The translations under genes and the position numbers were made by a program. Positions 57,003-64,000 of a DNA stretch of 64,000 bases are shown here, piece by piece (the first letter of the stretch is position 1; each line of letters opens with the position of its first letter). The stretch comes from an uncultured Acidobacteriaceae bacterium (lineage in GTDB: Bacteria > Acidobacteriota > Terriglobia > Terriglobales > Acidobacteriaceae). Under the pieces are notes generated by a model, which saw nothing but the letters and a program-made list of their open reading frames with translations, was not told the origin of the DNA and ran no database searches. The stretch spans positions 1,038-65,037 of the forward strand of contig CAWEYI010000028.1 in assembly GCA_963813205.1 (NCBI GenBank), given 5' to 3'.

Positions 57003-57005
57003 TCC

Positions 57006-58257
57006 TTATTGTTTCTCGAACACGCGGCTGCCCGCCGCAATGTCCGCCTCCTGAATCACCACCGAATCCGCCGTCTCCGTCGCCTTCAACGGAATCGGAT
57101 TGCATCCGCCCGTCGTCCCCACCGATTGCGCCATTGATCGGCGCGGCGCAATTCTTGCAAACAATCCGGTTGCCGGATTTGTAAAAGCCCACCGCCCCGC
57201 AAATCTGGCAAGCATCAAACACCGTCGCAATTTTCCCGTCCGGCTTCTGATACAGCCAGAAACGCACCTCAACCCCATTCTCCTTCGCCTGATAGCGATG
57301 CAAATCTCCATCGGAAACCTTCGCCAACGGAATCGTCACTTTGCCATTCACAAAGCTGACTTCCGTCGCTGGCGACAGCGCGCTCTGGCTCTTGGCATAA
57401 ACAAACTCCGCCGTCAGCATCGCGATAAACATAAAAGAGAACACATACACCGACCCCATCCACAACCGCTCCCGCCGCGCCGACCAAGCTGCCTTGCGTC
57501 TCTCCGCCGGAGAAACCGCATCCGGCAAGGGCTGCCGCCGCTTGGCGTCAAACAAAATCATCAATGCCGCAAGCGCCAGAATCGTGACAAAGAAGAAAAG
57601 ATCATTCCGCACGATCGGCCCAATGATCGACATCTCCGCCTTCGAAGAGGGAAGCACTCCGCTCTCCGAAAGTTCGTGCAACCCAGCAATCACCAACTGC
57701 ACCGCAACCAGGATCAGAATCGCGCTCGTAACCCGGAAAAACTTTTGCAGATTAATCCGCACGCTGCCCTTCACAAACATCACGCCAAAAGCAATCGCGC
57801 ATCCCACGCCCAACAGCGTTCCCAGAAAACTCATCAGCTCGGAGGAATTCAGCGTCACTGCCGAGAGAATAAGCACCGTCTCCGCGCCCTCGCGCAGCAC
57901 CATCAGAAACACAAAAAAGAAAAGCCCAATCCAAGCGTCATTCCCCGCCAGCAGTCCAACTTTGCCCTCAATCTGCCCCTTCAGTTTCCGCCCCGTCTTC
58001 ATCATGAAAATAACCATGGTGACGACGAAGAAGGCGGCCACCAGCATCACCCAGCCCTCAAAAACGTCTTCGTTCAAATTCAGCCGCGAGAGCAGAATGG
58101 CAACCCCGATGCTGCTCACAAAAGCCGCCACCAGCGCGGCATACACCGCCTTGCGCAAATCGTTGCGCCCAATCTTCGCCAGATAGGCCAGAGTGATACC
58201 CACGATCAGCGCAGCCTCAACCCCCTCGCGCAGCGTAATAATGAATGCCTGAAGCAT
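57006..58257 (-). pseudogene. FTR1-family iron permease fused to a DUF2318 Cys-rich membrane domain, frameshift near 57132
   Basis: Two REXXE motifs (REGVEAAL, REGAETVL). After a further TM helix comes CQICGAVGFYKSGNRIVCKNCAAPIN. The end ...AQSVGTTGGCNPIPLKATETADSVVIQEADIAAGSRVFEKQ* is in the frame of ORF 57006..57311. Confidence 0.75.
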
Positions 58258-58277
58258 CTAGAAATCGCCCACCATTT

Positions 58278-58292
58278 TGAAAATGAATTTCA
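58278..58292. promoter_or_regulatory. Fur-box-like 7-1-7 inverted repeat TGAAAAT-G-AATTTCA
   Basis: 21-35 nt upstream of the FTR1-DUF2318 start, in an AT-rich patch with reiterated TTCAA units. 6/7 arm symmetry. Resembles TGATAAT-N-ATTATCA. Confidence 0.3.
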
Positions 58293-58465
58293 ATTTCAAC
58301 TTCAAGGATATGCCGTCTGCGCCGGAGGCGTCAATCCGTTCCGTCACAAGCCAGCGTGATCGGCATCACACGGCGAAAATATGGATTAAACGGAGTTTTC
58401 GGAGACGTCAATCAGGCGGGTGACCCATCCTTCTCTGTATTTGTTCTTTCCCGCTCCTGAACAGT

Positions 58466-58512
58466 GGGTGCCCCGTCCTTGCGTTGTTTGCAAGGGCGGG
58501 TACGATGCTGCC
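58466..58512 (+). repeat. REP (RAYT-associated) copy
   Basis: GGGTGCCCCGTCCTTGCG-TTGTTT-GCAAGGGCGGGTACGATGCTGCC directly upstream of RAYT copy 1. Confidence 0.8.
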
Positions 58513-58530
58513 TGTACCATGTTGCTTGTC

Positions 58531-58911
58531 ATGCCTAGCGGCCTGCATCGCACCTACGGCGCTCATCACCTGCACTTTGTCACTTGTTCCTGCTACCAGC
58601 GCTTGCCGTTTTTCAACACCGCCCGCAGCCGCGACCGCTTCCTCTCGGTTCTGGAACAGACCCGCCAGCGTTATCGGTTTGTGGCCGTCGGCTACGTCGT
58701 TATGCCAGAGCACATCCATCTTCTTCTGAGTGAGCCCGAGGTGGGAAATCCCTCTACGGTGATGCAAGTGTTGAAGCAGCGCACCGCCTGGGCCTTACTG
58801 CCGAAGAGCAAGCGGAAGGACCCGCGCCAGCGGAATCTGTTTGCCAGGGAGCCGCAACGCAGGGCCTTCTGGCAGGCACGCTTTTACGACCTTAACGTGT
58901 GGACCAGGTAG
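58531..58911 (+). pseudogene. REP-associated tyrosine transposase (RAYT, IS200/Y1-type), 3'-truncated copy
   Basis: MPSGLHRTYGAHHLHFVTCSCYQRLPFF...VMPEHIHLLL (HUH) ...FWQARFYDLNVWTR*. Lacks the segment with the catalytic Tyr that is present in copy 2. Confidence 0.75.
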
Positions 58912-58915
58912 TGGG

Positions 58916-59098
58916 CTACTTTGAATTTTCTAGGGCTCGTCGGACTTTCGCCTCAAGTTGATGCCAGTGTTTTTGGTGGTCTTTCCGGGGAGCGATTCCG
59001 AGACGCATTCTGCAATATCCCAAGGCCCATTGCAGCTCGTTGCTATTTTTATGTTCAATCGCATCTTCGATGCGTTTTAGTTCCTTGAACCGCGTCAT
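58916..59098 (-). CDS. Small hypothetical protein (60 aa)
   Basis: Internal ATG 59098 of ORF 58916..59200: MTRFKELKRIEDAIEHKNSNELQWALGYCRMRL... The upstream part of that ORF is REP-derived. Confidence 0.35.
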   Translation of the reverse strand: MTRFKELKRIEDAIEHKNSNELQWALGYCRMRLGIAPRKDHQKHWHQLEAKVRRALENSK

Positions 59099-59189
59099 GC
59101 TACCGCTCTTTCCGCCCTCCGCTGCTCGTAGGCTTCCCAGAGGGCAACTAAATCCTGTACGCTCCACAGCCGATCCGTGACGCCAGGAC

Positions 59190-59226
59190 GGGTGGCCCAC
59201 CCTTGCGCACGTTGCAAGCGGGCGGG
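59190..59226 (+). repeat. REP variant
   Basis: GGGTGGCCCACCCTTGCGCACGTTGCAAGCGGGCGGG. Confidence 0.6.
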
Positions 59227-59273
59227 CGGCTCGCCCTTTCTAATCTGTTTTTTTCTTCCCATTTCGAGACTGT

Positions 59274-59320
59274 GGGTGCCCCGTCCTTGCGTTTTATGCA
59301 AGGGCGGGTACGATGCTGCC
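59274..59320 (+). repeat. REP copy, 5' flank of the intact RAYT
   Basis: GGGTGCCCCGTCCTTGCG-TTTTAT-GCAAGGGCGGGTACGATGCTGCC. Confidence 0.8.
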
Positions 59321-59336
59321 AATACCATGGGCTGTT

Positions 59337-59891
59337 ATGCCCAGCGGTCTGCATCGCACATACGGGGCGCACCACCTGCACTTTATCACTTGTTCCTGCT
59401 ATCGGCGATTGCCTCTGCTGAATTCTGCACGAGCTCGGGACCGCCTCCTATCGATTCTTGAGCAGACTCGCCAACGCTACCGCTTCGTCGTGGTCGGGTA
59501 TGTGGTGATGCCGGAGCATATTCATCTGCTGATGACCGAGCCGGAGGTGGGCAACCCTTCCACAGTCATGCAAGTGCTCAAGCAGCGCACGGCGCGGGCG
59601 TTGTTGCCGAAGAGAAAGCGGCGCGATCCGCGGCAACTAACTCTGTTCGCGGACGGAGCCGGCCATCGGGCTTTCTGGCAGGCACGCTTCTACGACTTCA
59701 ACGTTTGGACAACGAAGAAGCGAGTGGAAAAGCTGAGGTACATGCATCGCAATCCCGTGAAACGGCGACTGGTGGAGTCGCCCGAGCAATGGCGATGGAG
59801 CAGTTACCGGTTCTATTTGCTAGGAGAGGCCGGAGCGGTGCGGGTGAACGTGGGGTGGTCGGAGATCTCGTTTCGGAATCGAGTTGCTTGA
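59337..59891 (+). CDS. REP-associated tyrosine transposase (RAYT), apparently intact
   Basis: 184 aa from ATG 59337. HUH motif MPEHIHLLM. C-terminal helix with Tyr: VEKLRYMHRNPVKRRLV. Flanked by inverted REPs. Confidence 0.85.
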   Translation: MPSGLHRTYGAHHLHFITCSCYRRLPLLNSARARDRLLSILEQTRQRYRFVVVGYVVMPEHIHLLMTEPEVGNPSTVMQVLKQRTARALLPKRKRRDPRQLTLFADGAGHRAFWQARFYDFNVWTTKKRVEKLRYMHRNPVKRRLVESPEQWRWSSYRFYLLGEAGAVRVNVGWSEISFRNRVA

Positions 59892-59921
59892 AGGTGTCTC
59901 GGGACAAAACCTCAAGATTTC

Positions 59922-59968
59922 GGCAGCATCGTACCCGCCCTTGCAAAAAACGCAAGGACGGGGCACCC
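59922..59968 (-). repeat. REP copy in inverted orientation, 3' flank of the intact RAYT
   Basis: GGCAGCATCGTACCCGCCCTTGC-AAAAAA-CGCAAGGACGGGGCACCC is the reverse complement of the 59274-59320 type. Confidence 0.8.
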
Positions 59969-60002
59969 CGCTGTATTGCTGGTGTTAGCGAAATCAAAGG
60001 CT

Positions 60003-60376
60003 GGGCCACCCGCCCGCTCGGCGATGATCGCATCCAGCCCGCGCGTCACTCTGCGGCTGGCGAAACTGGTATCCACTTCCAGCGCCAGACACTCTCGCAT
60101 AAAGGCGTCGACCACGCTCAGCACCCGGATCGTTCGCCCGCACTCCACCGCGTCGTGCACGAAATCCAACGCCCACTCCTCGTTCGCCGAAGTCCGCGCC
60201 AGCAGCGGCTTTCCCTCGCGTACGCAATGCTTCCGTTTCTTCCGTCGGATCATCAACCCCGCCTCGCGATACACCCGATGTACGCGCTTGTGATTCACTT
60301 TCTCTCCCGTGCGCCCCAGCAATACATGCAGTCGCCGATACCCGAAGCGCGGCTTCTTCCGTGCCAAGTCCACCAA
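60003..60376 (-). pseudogene. IS3-family transposase (OrfB/integrase core) internal fragment
   Basis: KPRFGYRRLHVLLGRTGEKVNHKRVHRVYREAGLMIRRKKRKH...NEEWALDFVHDAVECGRTIRVLSVVDAFMRECLALEVDTSF. Truncated at both ends by REP sequences. Confidence 0.75.
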
Positions 60377-60394
60377 CCGTTACTGCACACGTCC

Positions 60395-60438
60395 GTCGTA
60401 CCCGCCCTTCGTACAGAACGCGAAGGACAGGGCACCCC
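60395..60438 (-). repeat. REP variant (inverted orientation)
   Basis: GTCGTACCCGCCCTTCG-TACAGAA-CGCGAAGGACAGGGCACCC. Confidence 0.65.
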
Positions 60439-60461
60439 ATATATCGCAAACGCCAACGAGT

Positions 60462-60575
60462 TCAAAAGCCTAGGCCACCCGCCAGGTTGTTTTCCGTATC
60501 GTAAACGTACTGCGTCTGGTTGTTGGCCGGATCGATGATCTGCGTCAGCTCGCCCAGACTGATGTACTGGGATCT
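60462..60575 (-). pseudogene. Rhs/YD-repeat protein fragment
   Basis: ...LGELTQIIDPANNQTQYVYDTENNL matches the YD-repeat consensus (G.L..i.dp.g..t.Y.YD..nrL). Isolated, with no start and no core. Confidence 0.45.
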
Positions 60576-60577
60576 GC

Positions 60578-60868
60578 TCAGCGACTGAGCCGTCGGATCC
60601 CCCGGATAACACTTCGAAACAGAAGTGCAATTGCTATGTACAGCAAACAGTTGATCGCGACCGAAGCTATAGTCGTCATGATTCCGGGTACGGTACTGCA
60701 CCACCCTCCCGTCAGCATGACAGACGATGGCCACAACACAACCCGCAGGTCAGTGCTACCAACGTTCATAAGGCGCCACACGCCAAATCTGCAAAGAAGG
60801 GCCAGCACTGCTCCTGACACAATCAATCCCAAAGCGCCGCCAACCGCTGCCGTTTGCCGCACAGTCAT
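60578..60868 (-). CDS. Hypothetical 3-TM membrane protein
   Basis: Internal ATG 60868 of ORF 60578..61069: MTVRQTAAVGGALGLIVSGAVLALL...TIASVAINCLLYIAIALLF. The upstream part of that ORF is REP-derived. Confidence 0.35.
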   Translation of the reverse strand: MTVRQTAAVGGALGLIVSGAVLALLCRFGVWRLMNVGSTDLRVVLWPSSVMLTGGWCSTVPGIMTTIASVAINCLLYIAIALLFRSVIRGIRRLSR

Positions 60869-60952
60869 CGAATACAACCTCCAGCCTAACGATCTACCAG
60901 GCGGGTGGCTCGCCCTTTCTAATCTGTTTTTTTCTTCCCATTTCGAGACTGT

Positions 60953-60999
60953 GGGTGCCCCGTCCTTGCGTTTTATGCAAGGGCGGGTACGATGCTGCC
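60953..60999 (+). repeat. REP copy upstream of RAYT copy 3
   Basis: Identical to 59274-59320. Part of a 330-bp duplication (59221-59549 vs 60900-61229). Confidence 0.8.
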
Positions 61000-61015
61000 A
61001 ATACCATGGGCTGTT

Positions 61016-61229
61016 ATGCCCAGCGGTCTGCATCGCACATACGGGGGCGCACCACCTGCACTTTATCACTTGTTCCTGCTATCGGCGATTGCCTCTGCTG
61101 AATTCTGCACGAGCTCGGGACCGCCTCCTATCGATTCTTGAGCAGACTCGCCAACGCTACCGCTTCGTCGTGGTCGGGTATGTGGTGATGTCGGAGCATA
61201 TTCATCTGCTGATGACCGAGCCGGAGGTG
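61016..61229 (+). pseudogene. RAYT copy 3: frameshifted (extra G near 61045) and truncated after the HUH motif
   Basis: Near-identical to 59337-59549. Similarity ends abruptly after CCGGAGGTG at 61229, 15 nt before the IS inverted repeat. Confidence 0.75.
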
Positions 61230-61244
61230 AGGAATCTGGGGACA

Positions 61245-62937
61245 GGAAGCTGTGAAGAAATTGTTTTTTCGTGCAACCGGGACCGACACCACTTACCTGA
61301 GGTGCTGCGGTCTTCCCACATCACCATCGACACACTTTCCGGTGCCCGTTGAAGGATTCTATGCTGGCTGTACTTGCAGTGTCCGCTTTAGGCCGAACCA
61401 TCTCGTCAGGTTGTAACTTAGGCAAGCCCAAGTCGCTTCCATGGCTACTTTCACGCGGCTTCGGCAGCGAAACTGCCGCAGACCACAGCGCTCTTTAATC
61501 CAGGCGTGCGGGAACTCGGCGATCTGCGAGCGTCGCGCGTAGATTTGTTTTGCTTCCTCGGTTGCCATTTTCTGTTTAAACGCAATCGTCGCCGATGGCT
61601 CTTGCAGGCGCGTGATCGAGCGCCGCCACTCCGGGCGCGCCGGTTGCGGCGCGCATTTATCGCGCAGCGGGCAGTGGGGGCATGCCTTCTTCGGTGCGCG
61701 GTAAACGTGGGTACGGACCCCGTGGTCACGATTCAGCAGCGCATGGTGGGTGAGCGTTTGTCCGGCCGGACAGGTAAACCTGTCCTGCGCGGCATCGTAA
61801 GGAAACGCGCTGGCCAGGAACTCGGCGTGCCGCCCGTGCGCATCGCGTTCCCCAGGCCGCCAACTATCCTGCCAAGACCCGTAGAAGTCCACTCCCTGCT
61901 CGGCGGCCGCCCGCACCGAGGCGTGATTGGTGTAGTCGCCATCGGCCACGATCTGTTTGGGCTTGCGTGCCAGCGTGGTTGCGCAGCGTTCCAGCGCCGG
62001 CTTCATCTGCCGGTAGTCGATGGCATCGGTGGTCGCCTCGACGTTCACCACGATTCCGTGTTGCGTGTCCGTAAGCAGTTGCACGTTGTAGCTGGGGACG
62101 GTGCCACCTTCGCCGTTGCGCATTACGTGCGCCTCGGGGTCGCTGCTGGAGGCGCGCGCCACGAAGCCTTTGCGATCGTGTTTCTTCTCCTGCTGCAGGC
62201 GCTCGACCTCGCGCACCGCCGCTTCCAGCCGACTGACTCGTTGCCGTGCGGCACGTCGTTGCGCCGCTACCCGCCGACTCGCGCTCTTCTCTTCTTCCTC
62301 TGCCTGCGCGTTCAGCGCACGCACCTGCTCGCGCGCCAACTCCAGGTGCGCCGCCAGCTTCTCTTTGCGCCGGAAGCTGTTGCCGCCCGCGTTCGCCTTG
62401 ATCTTGGTTCCGTCCAGCGTCACCCGCTCCAGCGTGATCAGCCCCTCGGCGCTCATCATGCCCAGCACCTGCACAAACAGATCGTCCAGCGCCGCTTTAT
62501 GATCGGAACGAAAGCCGGACAGCGTCCGGTGGCTGATCGCCTGCAACCCGCATAGCCATTGGCAGCCCGGCTCGTACTCGCACTGCCGCGCCAACTCGCG
62601 CGCCGAACTCAGGCCACGGCTGTACGCGTAAATCCACAAGCTGATCAACAGCTGCGGGGCGGTGTGCTCCCGCCCCGCGCGCCCTTCCACCGCCTCGATC
62701 TGCGCGTGATACAGGCCCAGGTCCAGACGGCCGATCAGCTGCCAGATCAGACGCGCGCTATGATCTTCGTCGATCAGCTGTTCGACGTCGATGCTGCGCA
62801 GCACAAGCTGCTGTCGATTGATGGAGGCAAGTCGCGGTTCAGCCGGCACGCCGTGGTCGCTCACATCCGCAGTCTACCCACGCTGGCTAATTTCGCAATG
62901 ACATTGTTGGATCGAGCGACATTTCTTCACAGCTTCC
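61245..62937 (-). mobile_element. IS1182-family (IS5-like) insertion sequence, apparently complete
   Basis: Perfect 17-bp terminal inverted repeats GGAAGCTGTGAAGAAAT (61245-61261, and the reverse complement at 62921-62937) bracket a single 501-aa transposase ORF. Confidence 0.8.
61359..62864 (-). CDS. IS1182-family DDE transposase
   Basis: N-terminal DUF772-like region (IDEDHSARLIWQLI...LLISLWIYAYSRGLSSARELAR), coiled-coil middle, DDE region (VTLDGTKIKANA, IVADGDYTN, ...EATWACLSYNLTRW). Confidence 0.85.
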   Translation of the reverse strand: MSDHGVPAEPRLASINRQQLVLRSIDVEQLIDEDHSARLIWQLIGRLDLGLYHAQIEAVEGRAGREHTAPQLLISLWIYAYSRGLSSARELARQCEYEPGCQWLCGLQAISHRTLSGFRSDHKAALDDLFVQVLGMMSAEGLITLERVTLDGTKIKANAGGNSFRRKEKLAAHLELAREQVRALNAQAEEEEKSASRRVAAQRRAARQRVSRLEAAVREVERLQQEKKHDRKGFVARASSSDPEAHVMRNGEGGTVPSYNVQLLTDTQHGIVVNVEATTDAIDYRQMKPALERCATTLARKPKQIVADGDYTNHASVRAAAEQGVDFYGSWQDSWRPGERDAHGRHAEFLASAFPYDAAQDRFTCPAGQTLTHHALLNRDHGVRTHVYRAPKKACPHCPLRDKCAPQPARPEWRRSITRLQEPSATIAFKQKMATEEAKQIYARRSQIAEFPHAWIKERCGLRQFRCRSRVKVAMEATWACLSYNLTRWFGLKRTLQVQPA

Positions 62938-63055
62938 AGACGGGACGTACCCCATTTATTTGCCCACGATTCAAGGGCGGGATTCCCGAAATACGAGCAC
63001 CACAGAATTTTGACTTCGATCGTTCCATCCCTCCGCCCTTCGAATAGAGCGAGGC

Positions 63056-63742
63056 TCACAACCTCTTCAAAAACCCCTCTGCCCGCTCCCACTCCGGAAA
63101 CAACTTCTCCTCCGCCTGGAACTCCGCCGAATGCACGCACCGCCGGCTCCCACGCAACCGCACCGGATGCTTCAAGTGCAGCATCTCGTGGTACACAATA
63201 TATTCCACCGCATACCGCGGCACCGCCCGATGATCAAAAATCCGGCTGATCACAATCGCATTGTGCGCCGGATCGTAGTGCCCTAGAATCCTCCGCGTCT
63301 TCGTCGGACTCCAACTCATGCGCGGCCGCCCCATCAGCCCGTGAAAAAACCGCGCATTCAGATCCTCAAAAATCGCATCCAGATCGTAAACGTGACCCTG
63401 CGGAGAATGCAGCCGCTTCCGTCCCCGCATCTGCCGCACCAGATGCGCCTTCCGCACCACATCATGGCTGCCCACATATTTCCGATACCGCGCCGCCTGC
63501 CCGCGATCAATCGGCTTGCGATACATCTTTGCCAGCAGGATGTGCGCAATCGCCCGCACCACCGCCTCCGGCGCGCCCTCCAGCAAATCCGAAAGCCGCA
63601 CCAGCAGCCGCCCCTCGCGCAGCCGAATCGTATTATTCACATTCGCGAAAGCGAAAAATTCAATTTTCAGTTCAGGCGTCGCCGTCCCGGGACGCAGTTG
63701 CCGGTGCTCTTCCTGAAAGATTTCGAATAATCCCTCGCGCAC
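63056..63742 (-). CDS. HExxH zinc-metalloprotease-like protein (SprT/DUF45-like)
   Basis: YIVYHEMLHLKHP motif near the C-terminus. 228 aa. The family assignment is tentative. Confidence 0.55.
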   Translation of the reverse strand: MREGLFEIFQEEHRQLRPGTATPELKIEFFAFANVNNTIRLREGRLLVRLSDLLEGAPEAVVRAIAHILLAKMYRKPIDRGQAARYRKYVGSHDVVRKAHLVRQMRGRKRLHSPQGHVYDLDAIFEDLNARFFHGLMGRPRMSWSPTKTRRILGHYDPAHNAIVISRIFDHRAVPRYAVEYIVYHEMLHLKHPVRLRGSRRCVHSAEFQAEEKLFPEWERAEGFLKRL

Positions 63743-63845
63743 AATGAGCCCAGATTAGCACGGAACAGAACAAGCAACGCGCCAAAGGAAACCAAATGAA
63801 ATTGAATGGGCTGCCAAGGATAGAAAACGACAACCAAGTGAATGG

Positions 63846-63912
63846 GATCGGGAAGGGCGCGGCTTCAGCCGTGCCGCTTTTAGGCCGACAAAGACGCGGG
63901 CTTTAGCCCCTG
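63846..63912. repeat. Family B repeat copy (diverged)
   Basis: GGGCGCGGCTTCAGCCGTGCCGC...GCGGGCTTTAGCCCC. Confidence 0.5.
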
Positions 63913-64000
63913 AGGTCGCACTTGCCTGCGCCTTCAACTAAAGACGTGATCCGCCTCACTCCGACCGCGCGCCACTCTGCGAATCGCTCCTCTTCTTATG

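Noticed and set aside
57100-58359. 419-aa plus-strand ORF across the FTR1-DUF2318 gene
   Set aside because: The composition is extremely Arg/His/Pro/Gln-rich low complexity, and it is antisense to a gene with REXXE and Cys motifs. It is a shadow ORF.
58420-58530. N-terminal extension of RAYT copy 1 (and the equivalent 59313-59336 in copy 2) suggested by the ORF track
   Set aside because: The extension is translated REP hairpin (..WVPRPCVVCKGGYDAA..). The conserved protein starts at MPSGLHRTYG in both copies.
60636-61352. 238-aa plus-strand ORF
   Set aside because: It is a chimeric read-through of antisense membrane-ORF sequence, REP DNA, the frameshifted RAYT copy 3 and the left end of the IS. 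It is not a gene.

Overview
GC-rich bacterial chromosomal segment. The gene content and intergenic repeat families look like Acidobacteriota (Terriglobia type); that is inference only, no search was run. I read about 60 protein genes, mostly on the minus strand. Main groups: (1) central metabolism: icd, mdh, sdhCAB, orphan nuoI, c-type cytochromes and a CuA cupredoxin; (2) a dispersed arginine-to-polyamine set: pdaD, aguA, aguB, deoxyhypusine-synthase-like; (3) housekeeping: ileS, murI, tadA, rdgB, two cyclophilins, tRNA-Ser(CGA); (4) envelope and signalling: TonB-type proteins, a POTRA protein, a PEP-CTERM protein, a Ser/Thr kinase, a REC-PilZ-PilZ protein and a degenerate two-component-like trio; (5) three PIN/antitoxin pairs; (6) an FTR1-DUF2318 / 2x FtsX permease / ABC ATPase iron-uptake-like operon whose ATPase is fused to a DtxR-type metalloregulator module; (7) a REP / RAYT (Y1 HUH transposase) / IS junkyard at 58.4-63.0 kb with an apparently intact IS1182-family element. 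Most notable: REP-like hairpin elements sit in frame inside three genes (ileS, aguA, the ABC ATPase). Several dispersed repeat families are present. An unusual number of conserved genes carry frameshifts or a nonsense codon (icd, mdh, sdhA, M19 dipeptidase, FtsX permease, FTR1-DUF2318, USP, a large membrane protein). This points to sequence or assembly errors or to real gene decay. No rRNA genes or CRISPR arrays were seen. Coordinates of repeats and indels were read by eye and may be off by a few nt.
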